The notes under the pieces were generated by a model, which saw nothing but the letters and a program-made list of their open reading frames with translations, was not told the origin of the DNA and made no database searches. Of a stretch of DNA of 29,923 nucleotides, positions 23,138 through 29,923 are shown in pieces. The translations under genes were made by a program, and so were the position numbers. Numbering within the stretch: the stretch's first letter is position 1; the number at the start of each line of letters is the position of its first letter. This stretch comes from Oligoflexia bacterium. Its GTDB lineage: Bacteria; Bdellovibrionota; UBA1018. The DNA lies in the NCBI GenBank assembly GCA_043757905.1, contig JAYVOO010000152.1:1-29923 (forward strand), written 5' to 3'.

Positions 23138-24493
23138 TCAGCCCGATGCCGAGGCTCGGGGCGCCGCGATCAGGCCTTCGAAGAAGCTCTGCTCTTCCGG
23201 AAAGGTTCGGCTGGCTTCGACGACCAGGTCGTCGATCACTTGCTGGCGTCGCTTGAGAGTCAGAGAAGTCGTGATCAGAATCTCAAAGATCCTCTTGCTC
23301 TTCAGGCCTTCCCGGATCAGGGCGATGCCCATCTCGATCACCCGCGATGGCGAGGAACCGACGCTGAGGATCTCGAATTCGGCGATGCGAACCTCGACCG
23401 AGTTCTTCACTGGCTCGGGAGCGCTGGAAATGAGCGCGCCAACCTCGCCGGCCGGGCCGACGGAAAGCATCGCGACTAGGATCTCCTTGAGCATTGCGTG
23501 GCGGTTCTTCGCGGCGGCATGAGCCTTCCTGAGATAGACCATGGCATCCGCTTTCTTATCCTGCTTCATCATCTGCTTGCCGCAGAAAAGCAGGCCGGCG
23601 GTAATCGAGTTGATCACCTGGTCGTCCATCCCCTCGAGTGTCTGATAGAAGTCGTAGAGCTTGAGGATCTCCGGATAGTGGCCCAGCATCACGGCGACCC
23701 GGACTAGGGACGGGATCTTGCTTGGGCGGATCGGATGATCGCGGACCATACGGATCGCCACTTCATGAGCCATTTGGAGATTCTGCGTCTCCATGAAAAC
23801 CTCGAAGAGCGAAACGAGCGCGCGGTAATTCTTGGGATCAAGCCGGAGCGCTTCCATGAAGCAGGCTTTGGCGTCGTCGAGCTGATTCAGCTTCTTGCGG
23901 CAGACTCCTTCCAAGATCCAGGCTTGGACCGAAAGCACCGCCACGTTCTCGAGCTTGGTCTTGATAAAGACCCTGATGGCCTCCTCGAACTGACTCTCAT
24001 CCATCAGGACTTTCCCTAGCTCGAGATTCCGCCAGGCCTGGCTCGGCATCACCTTCGGGCGAAGCGTGGCGAGGAACTGGGTGCTCAAGGTAGCGTAGGT
24101 GAAAGGCCGCGTGATGAAGAGATCGATTATGGGCTCATCCTCGATCCGGTTCGAGATCACGGGGCTAATCCGGTCGGAGGTCACGACGAAGATGGCCTCG
24201 GTCCGGATGAGATACAGGTTGCGGTGGATCTTCAGGAGGTCGAAGGCGCCCTTGGCTCCGAAAGTGTAATCGCAGAAAACGATCTTAGGCTTGAAGTCCT
24301 GGAGCTTCTGTTCAGCTTCCTGGTAATTTTCTGCCGTCTCGATGTTCTTGCCCTTCATCCCCATCGTGACCAGCAACTTGCGGATGGTCATGCGGCTGGG
24401 CGAGAACGCGTCGGCGATCAGAGCCTGCTGCGAAGCCAGGTACTGGACGATTTGTCGGTTCTTCGGTGACTTTGGGTCAAATTCATCAGCCAT
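23138..24493 (-). CDS. Atypical receiver (REC) domain plus TPR-repeat protein
   Basis: IVFCDY (phosphoacceptor Asp), VVTS, ITRPF (K to R); TPR-like helices A..CF..AL.LDP.NY.A. Confidence 0.85.
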   Translation of the reverse strand: MADEFDPKSPKNRQIVQYLASQQALIADAFSPSRMTIRKLLVTMGMKGKNIETAENYQEAEQKLQDFKPKIVFCDYTFGAKGAFDLLKIHRNLYLIRTEAIFVVTSDRISPVISNRIEDEPIIDLFITRPFTYATLSTQFLATLRPKVMPSQAWRNLELGKVLMDESQFEEAIRVFIKTKLENVAVLSVQAWILEGVCRKKLNQLDDAKACFMEALRLDPKNYRALVSLFEVFMETQNLQMAHEVAIRMVRDHPIRPSKIPSLVRVAVMLGHYPEILKLYDFYQTLEGMDDQVINSITAGLLFCGKQMMKQDKKADAMVYLRKAHAAAKNRHAMLKEILVAMLSVGPAGEVGALISSAPEPVKNSVEVRIAEFEILSVGSSPSRVIEMGIALIREGLKSKRIFEILITTSLTLKRRQQVIDDLVVEASRTFPEEQSFFEGLIAAPRASASG

Positions 24494-24499
24494 GCTTGA

Positions 24500-24505
24500 A
24501 TATTA
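24500..24505 (-). promoter_or_regulatory. -10 element TAATAT 6 nt before ATG 24493
   Basis: TANNNT match; no SD. Confidence 0.5.
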
Positions 24506-24553
24506 TCGGAAGAAATCGACAAGCAAACAAGGCTTTAAACGAGATGGACGGGA

Positions 24554-26839
24554 TCATTTCACCGTCAAAACCCGCACGCTTCCCTGCCTCCGCGTGATGT
24601 CGACCATCGTTCCGACAGTCGAGCGCCGCAGCATCAAGTCCATGTCCCAGTCGCGGCCCTGCAGGTTCTTGATCTCAAGCCAGTTGAGCTTGTTCGTGAG
24701 CAGCGGGGAGTTGAAGACCAGGTAATTTTGATCGGTATCCATGGTCATACCCAACATCGACTTGAGCATGAGGAAAATGGAACCCGCAGCCCATGCCTGA
24801 GGCTTGCAAGCAACTTCGTAGGGGACGGGCGCCGCGTTGTCCCGGCGGCGGAAGCCGCAGAAAAGCTCTGGCAACCGGAAGTCCTCACTGGCCTCGAGAA
24901 CCCCGAGCAGTCCGAGCGTCATCCGCTCAAGCTCGTCCGTGAGATGGTAGTTTCTCAACCCTTCCATGATCAGGGAGTTGTCGTGCGGCCAGACGCTGCC
25001 GTTATGATAGCTGAGCGGATTGAAGGCGAGCTCCGAGTCCGCCAAAGTCCTGACGCCGTGGCCGCTGAAGAGAGAGTCGGACAGCAGGTGCGAAGCCACT
25101 TGCCGCGCCTGATGGCTCGAAAGCACCTCGCCCCAAAGGCAGTGGCCCATGTTCGAGGAGAGCACCTCGCAGGGCTCGCCCGCCCCGTCGAGCGCGAGGT
25201 TCACGAAACCTCTGCGGCTGTTCCAGAAACGCTCGTTGAACCTCGCCCGCAGTTGAAACGCCTCCTGCCGGAGCGTTCCCGAAAGCTCGTTGTCCCCCAT
25301 CAGCCCTGCGAGCGCCGACATCCCCATGCGCGCGCGGAAAGAATACGCTTGGACCTCGCAGAGGCGAATCGGAGACGTCGCAAGCTGGCCGTTCGCATGC
25401 ATCACCGAATCGTGCGAGTCCTTCCAGCCTTGGTTGACCAGGCCGGTGGGCGACTGTTTCGCGTACTCAAGGAATCCATCGGGGCTCACGCTCTTGCCGT
25501 GCCGGATCCACTCGAGCGCGCGAAGCGCGTCGGGCCACCATTTGCGCAAACTCTCGAGGTCCATCGTCCAACGCACGTACTCGTGGAGCAGAATAAGGGA
25601 GAGCGGCGTGGAGTCGACCGACCCGTAGTAAGGGATGAACGGCACTTCCCGCGTGCGCGCCATCTCGCCCCGCCTCATCTCATGGAAGACCTTGCCGGGC
25701 TCCTCGTCAGTGAAGGGATCGTACTTGGAACCCAGCAGGCTGAAGGCGTAGTTGATCACGCCCTTTGCGAGCTTCGGGCACCAAGGAAGCATCTGATAGG
25801 CCGTGATCAAACCATCGCGCCCGAATGGAGCCGAGAACCACGGAATTCCCGCATAAGGATACAGGTCCCCGCTCGGCTCTTCCGTGAGAAGCATGAATAC
25901 GTCGGTGAACGCGTTCTGAATCGCGCGGTTCAAGATCGCATTATCCGACTCGATCTTGAGCGGCGCGAAGTGGCTGGCCGCGTCCGTCCCACGATTGAGC
26001 AGATTCATCATGTCGGCGACGTTGAGATTCTCGAAGGGCTGGCCCCAGAAGTCCGTTCCGACCTCCTTGTCGAAGGAGACGATCGTCTTAAGCAGCACCG
26101 TGCTCTTCGCGCCCACTTCGATCTGCGAGAAATACCCGACGAGCGACGGCGAGACACGGATTTTCTCTGCGCCAAAGAGGCGCTGGATGAAAGTGCGGCG
26201 AGTCTGCCCGTCGAGGCCCTCGTACTGGAGGACAGAGCTACGCCACGGGCTGCCCTCGCTCGGGTTCGACTCATGCGTCGGCAGCATCCGCCCGCGTCGC
26301 TCCCGAGGGAAGCCGCGGACTTCGAAGACATCGTCGAAACGCCCGCCGGCCCACTGCTCGACCTGCAGCAGATGCTTTTCGTTGCTGAAGTTCTTGATCT
26401 CGACCGTCTCGAAGAGCGTGTCCTTCCAGAAAGTCAGGATCCGCCGGATCAGAAAAGTGTCGCGCGGGATGCGACCCTCCTGCCCAATCCGCTCGAAATC
26501 CCGATTCGTCATCGACAGGACAACCGTGTTTCCGCCGAACCGAAGTTCCTTCGCGAGCGAGACTGGCGCCATGCCGTTAAAGGTCATCTCCCAGACGCCC
26601 AGGAATCGCGTGTCGTTGAAATAGAAGCCGAGCTCGGAGGCCGAAGAATAAATGCGAGGCGACTCCCCCTGGGAGTCGACCACCGCGAAAGCCCGATTGT
26701 CTTTGAAGCTGATTTTAGGAATGCCTGTGAGCAACACGCTCGAAGGGATATAGGAGATCCCGTCGACTACGATGGGATTGGAGCCTTTGCCGGGTGTGCG
26801 TTCTGGCGGTTGAGGACTCGACAAGGTTTCGATAGACAT
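24554..26839 (-). CDS. Amylo-alpha-1,6-glucosidase / glycogen debranching enzyme (N-terminal domain plus (alpha/alpha)6 domain)
   Basis: SD GGAGGA; AGIPWFSAPFGRD, YYGSVDSTPL, NQGWKDSHD, YHNGSVWPHDN, PQAWAAG. Confidence 0.92.
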   Translation of the reverse strand: MSIETLSSPQPPERTPGKGSNPIVVDGISYIPSSVLLTGIPKISFKDNRAFAVVDSQGESPRIYSSASELGFYFNDTRFLGVWEMTFNGMAPVSLAKELRFGGNTVVLSMTNRDFERIGQEGRIPRDTFLIRRILTFWKDTLFETVEIKNFSNEKHLLQVEQWAGGRFDDVFEVRGFPRERRGRMLPTHESNPSEGSPWRSSVLQYEGLDGQTRRTFIQRLFGAEKIRVSPSLVGYFSQIEVGAKSTVLLKTIVSFDKEVGTDFWGQPFENLNVADMMNLLNRGTDAASHFAPLKIESDNAILNRAIQNAFTDVFMLLTEEPSGDLYPYAGIPWFSAPFGRDGLITAYQMLPWCPKLAKGVINYAFSLLGSKYDPFTDEEPGKVFHEMRRGEMARTREVPFIPYYGSVDSTPLSLILLHEYVRWTMDLESLRKWWPDALRALEWIRHGKSVSPDGFLEYAKQSPTGLVNQGWKDSHDSVMHANGQLATSPIRLCEVQAYSFRARMGMSALAGLMGDNELSGTLRQEAFQLRARFNERFWNSRRGFVNLALDGAGEPCEVLSSNMGHCLWGEVLSSHQARQVASHLLSDSLFSGHGVRTLADSELAFNPLSYHNGSVWPHDNSLIMEGLRNYHLTDELERMTLGLLGVLEASEDFRLPELFCGFRRRDNAAPVPYEVACKPQAWAAGSIFLMLKSMLGMTMDTDQNYLVFNSPLLTNKLNWLEIKNLQGRDWDMDLMLRRSTVGTMVDITRRQGSVRVLTVK

Positions 26840-27845
26840 GGATATAGTCCTCCGTCATTCGCTTGAGCGAGAAATTCTCCTCGACCCATTTTCGGCATCC
26901 GGCCCGATCGATCTTCGGAATGTCCTGAACGCGCGCCGAAAGCCGCTTGATATTCAGCTCGCTGAATCCCGTCACTCCGTCGCGCGTGATCTCGGGCAGA
27001 GATCCGCAGGGACGTGTGAGCACCGGAGTGCCGCACGCCAGTGATTCAATCACTACCAGTCCGAAAGGCTCCGGCCAGTCGATGGGAAACGCGAGCGCGA
27101 GCGCGTTACCCAGAAACTCCGACTTCTCCCCCTCGGAGATCTCGCCCACGTACTCGATGAACTTGCCGTCGACATGGGGCTTCACCCAGGTGTCGTAATA
27201 ATCCTGCCCTTCGCGCCCTTCGATCTTCGCCGCGATCTTCAGCGGCACGCCGGACTCCTTGGCGAGCTGGATCGCCCACTCGGGCCGCTTCTCGTCGCCG
27301 ATGCGTCCCAGGAATGCCAGGTAGCCGCCCGCTTTGCGCTGGAACGCGAGGCCCGAGATGTCGATGCCATGGTAGATCGTGCGCAACCAGTTCAGGTCCG
27401 GCAGCGGCTCGCGCTGGGCGTCGCTGATCGAGATGTATCCCGAGTCCGCATAGGCCGGAAAGACGGTCCGCTGGGACTGGAGATCCATCCGGCCATGGAT
27501 GGTCGAAAGAAACGGCACGTCGACCATCCGACTGAGAGGAAGCATCCAGTAGTCATGGTGGTTGTGAATCACATCGAAGTCGGAGGCGCGGCGCGCGACG
27601 TCGGAAAGCATCTTGAAGTTCAGCGCATACGGATCCACGACAGGCGTCTTGCGTAGCCTGAGCGGCCGATCAATTGTCGGAACCAGCTCGACACCTTCGC
27701 AGCTCGAGTCAGCCGAAGCATAGAGGGTCACCTCGATCCCGGCTTCGGTCAAGCCGCGCGCGAGATAATGCACCATCCGCTCGGTGCCGCCATAATACTG
27801 AGGAGGAACGCTTTCAAACAAAGGGCAAAGAAGTGCAACGCGCAT
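26715..27845 (-). CDS. Glycosyltransferase family 4 (GT-B fold); alternative start GTG 27860
   Basis: VPP..YGGTER, FLGRI..EK, FPIDWPEPFGLV.IESLACGTPV; 3' end overlaps the debranching gene by 125 nt. Confidence 0.92.
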   Translation of the reverse strand: MRVALLCPLFESVPPQYYGGTERMVHYLARGLTEAGIEVTLYASADSSCEGVELVPTIDRPLRLRKTPVVDPYALNFKMLSDVARRASDFDVIHNHHDYWMLPLSRMVDVPFLSTIHGRMDLQSQRTVFPAYADSGYISISDAQREPLPDLNWLRTIYHGIDISGLAFQRKAGGYLAFLGRIGDEKRPEWAIQLAKESGVPLKIAAKIEGREGQDYYDTWVKPHVDGKFIEYVGEISEGEKSEFLGNALALAFPIDWPEPFGLVVIESLACGTPVLTRPCGSLPEITRDGVTGFSELNIKRLSARVQDIPKIDRAGCRKWVEENFSLKRMTEDYIHVYRNLVESSTARTHTRQRLQSHRSRRDLLYPFERVAHRHS

Positions 27846-27871
27846 GGCGGCTAACCCCACGCGGTAGCTTA

Positions 27872-27887
27872 ATCAAGTTCCATGCCG
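27872..27887 (-). promoter_or_regulatory. Sigma54-like promoter CGGCAT-N5-TTGAT for the GT4-debranching operon
   Basis: -24 box good; -12 dinucleotide is GA; predicted TSS falls at about GTG 27860. Confidence 0.4.
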
Positions 27888-28694
27888 TTACTGCGCCGCG
27901 AGATTCGCGTTCAATGCCTTCGCGCCGGCGGTTGGTTTGGCGCCGGCAAGGAACAACGTATCACTTGGGTGCTGCGCCGCTTCGCCCAGATTGCCGGTCT
28001 TGGCGCCGACTCTGGAGAAGGTGGAAGCGAGATTCCCCGCCGCCAAGCTGGAATCGTACGCCCCGGAGTCTTTGGGTTGGATCTGCTTGAGAGCGAAGTC
28101 GATTTTATTGCGCACATCTTCCTGCATCGCATAAGCGAGAACAGGTCCGTTCGGCGCTCCAGCCGTGGCTAGCAGGACGGAGGCCTTCGCGAGAAGCGCT
28201 CTTCCTGTGACTTCCAGGTACTCATCTGGAAGCTTGGTCGTATTCATCCAGTTGCTCAGCTCCTGCAGACGGTCCGTGAGCTGCACCGTGAGCTCGCGGC
28301 TCTTGGGGAACTCGGACATCAGTTTGCGGATGGTGAGAATGGAGTCGGCGATCTTGTAATTTTCCGGCGTGCTTCCCGCGGAAGTCGCGGACTTGGCCTT
28401 GAGGCCGCCCTTCGTGCGCTCCGCGACCACCGTGAAGACTCCAGGCGCCATCTCGAGCTGGCGGAACACCACCCAGAGAGCGCAAGGCCGAAGCAAAGTC
28501 TTGTTGAACGGATCGTAAGGAGAAGCTTCCGGGCGCTCACACTTGCGGGAGTCGATCAACACGACCGGCGCCTTCGAGCCCGGCTGCGCAGCGGGAAGCG
28601 CACGATCCCCGAAGCTCGCCCACGCGGATCCGCCAGTCGAAGCGAGTAGCAGGACTGCGGCGGCGATGAGGGTGGAGGCAAAACGGGAACGCAT
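27888..28694 (-). CDS. Secreted hypothetical protein (268 aa)
   Basis: Signal peptide MRSRFASTLIAAAVLLLASTGGSAWA; one Cys pair; Ala/Gly-rich tail. Confidence 0.8.
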   Translation of the reverse strand: MRSRFASTLIAAAVLLLASTGGSAWASFGDRALPAAQPGSKAPVVLIDSRKCERPEASPYDPFNKTLLRPCALWVVFRQLEMAPGVFTVVAERTKGGLKAKSATSAGSTPENYKIADSILTIRKLMSEFPKSRELTVQLTDRLQELSNWMNTTKLPDEYLEVTGRALLAKASVLLATAGAPNGPVLAYAMQEDVRNKIDFALKQIQPKDSGAYDSSLAAGNLASTFSRVGAKTGNLGEAAQHPSDTLFLAGAKPTAGAKALNANLAAQ

Positions 28695-28705
28695 ACAGCT
28701 GTTAA

Positions 28706-28721
28706 AGCAAACCCAGTGCCA
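28706..28721 (-). promoter_or_regulatory. Consensus sigma54 promoter TGGCAC-N5-TTGCT
   Basis: Perfect -24/-12 match; 12 nt between the -12 C and ATG 28694. Confidence 0.8.
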
Positions 28722-28843
28722 CGGTGACACGCCCCACTTTCTCCGAGATAACAGGGATTTTTCGTTCGAGTGTCAAGCCGCAGACCCGGTCAGCCGTGAC
28801 AGGTGGCAAGCGCTTTTTCATGCGTCGATTCGGACACATGCGA

Positions 28844-28849
28844 TACCGT
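28844..28849 (+). promoter_or_regulatory. -10 element TACCGT 6 nt before ATG 28856
   Basis: TANNNT match, weak ATGCGT -35 at 18-nt spacing, no SD. Confidence 0.45.
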
Positions 28850-28855
28850 GAGCCC

Positions 28856-29923
28856 ATGACTTCCGAAAATAAAACGCCCTCATCCGCGAAGCGCGGTTTT
28901 GCCAGCGACAACAACGCCACGATCCTTCCCGAGATCTTGCAAGCCATCGCCGACGCGAACACAGGTCATGCGATCGCTTACGGCGCGGATGCCTGGACAG
29001 ACCGGGCGGTCGCCAGGTTCCGCGAGCATTTCGGGCAGAAAACCGAAGTCTATTTCGTGTTCAACGGCACGGCCGCGAACGTCCTCTGCCTGGGCTCCCT
29101 GGCCCGTCCCTTTCAGGCGGTCATCTGCTCCGAAACTTCACACATTCAGAATGACGAGTGTGGCGCGCCCGAAGCAAACCTGGGCACGAAGCTTCTCGTT
29201 TGCCCGACTCTCGACGGCAAACTGACTCCCGAGCTCGTCCGCCCTTGGCTCAAGGGATTCGGGGACCAACATCACGTGCAGCCGGGCGTGATCTCGATCA
29301 CCCAGTCGACCGAAATGGGCACCGTCTACCAGGCCGCGGAAGTCCGCGCGCTCGCAGAGCTCGCTCACTCCCACAAGATGTACCTGCATATGGACGGCGC
29401 GCGGATCGCAAACGCGGCAGCGACGCTCGGCCTTTCGCTGCAAGCGATCACCGCCGATTGCGGCGTCGATGCGCTCTCGTTCGGCGGCACCAAGAACGGA
29501 CTGCTCCTCGGCGAAGCAGTCGTCTTCTTCCGGCCCGAGCTAGCGCAAGATTTCCTCTACCGCAGGAAACAGGCCATGCAGCTCTCCTCCAAGATGCGCT
29601 TCGTCGCGGCCCAGTTCGAACGTCTTCTCACCGATGACCTTTGGCTCAGGACGGCGACCCATTCGAACCGCATGGCGCAGCTCCTGGCTTCCAGTATCCG
29701 CGGCTTGCCCGGTGTCGAGATCACTCAGAAGGTCGAGTCCAACGCCGTATTCGTGCAAATCCCCCGGGCGCTCATTCCCAAGCTCCAGGAGAGAAATTTC
29801 TTCTATGTCTGGAACGAGGAGCACTCAGAGGTGCGGTGGATGGCCTCGCACGATACGCGGCCCGAGGACATCACGGGGTTCGTGGAGGCGCTTAAAAGCC
29901 TGCTCCCAACCTCTTCACTTTAA
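28856..29923 (+). CDS. ltaE: Low-specificity L-threonine aldolase (PLP-dependent)
   Basis: FASDN, FVFNGTAAN, HIQNDECGA, LHMDGARIANA, SFGGTKNG (PLP Lys). Start ATG 28856. Confidence 0.93.
   Translation: MTSENKTPSSAKRGFASDNNATILPEILQAIADANTGHAIAYGADAWTDRAVARFREHFGQKTEVYFVFNGTAANVLCLGSLARPFQAVICSETSHIQNDECGAPEANLGTKLLVCPTLDGKLTPELVRPWLKGFGDQHHVQPGVISITQSTEMGTVYQAAEVRALAELAHSHKMYLHMDGARIANAAATLGLSLQAITADCGVDALSFGGTKNGLLLGEAVVFFRPELAQDFLYRRKQAMQLSSKMRFVAAQFERLLTDDLWLRTATHSNRMAQLLASSIRGLPGVEITQKVESNAVFVQIPRALIPKLQERNFFYVWNEEHSEVRWMASHDTRPEDITGFVEALKSLLPTSSL

Noticed and set aside
7451-28855. Longer ORF-track starts (7451, 7457, 10128, 11628, 12151, 12329, 17421, 19251, 28724, 28730)
   Set aside because: The extensions run through promoter elements or precede the signal peptide or family N-terminus; shorter starts were chosen.
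1-29923. rRNA, tRNA, IS elements, prophage or defence-system genes
   Set aside because: No cloverleaf or rRNA-like stretches, terminal inverted repeats, transposase, integrase or recognisable defence domains were seen; intergenic spaces are short and explained by promoters.

Overview
GC-rich (roughly 60-65% by eye) bacterial chromosomal segment with about 32 protein-coding genes. I found no rRNA, tRNA, IS/transposase, integrase or CRISPR array. Gene content (many Sec-signal, often Cys-containing orphan proteins, a REC-TPR protein, orphan outer-membrane barrels) suggests a Bdellovibrionota/Oligoflexia-like organism; this is inference only. Recognisable genes: Nudix/MutT-like hydrolase, long-chain acyl-CoA synthetase, ppx/gppA, grxD-bolA, DUF2267-like protein, nth, PolX-PHP, gap-pgk-tpiA, GT4 glycosyltransferase plus glycogen-debranching (amylo-alpha-1,6-glucosidase) enzyme, and low-specificity threonine aldolase. 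Most notable unexplained signals: (1) a 29-bp palindrome that reads as two overlapping, divergent sigma54 promoters with start codons placed symmetrically 25 nt either side of its centre; (2) an apparently pervasive leaderless promoter architecture, including sigma54-type leaderless starts; (3) a shared C-terminal motif PxxT[VI]LxGxxA[LI] on two otherwise dissimilar secreted proteins; (4) a polymerase-dead PolX with an intact PHP domain overlapping nth; (5) a signal-peptide-bearing two-Rossmann flavoprotein directly behind an atypical kinase; (6) an easily missed 48-aa very basic protein upstream of ppx. Product names come from motif recognition only; no database searches were run.
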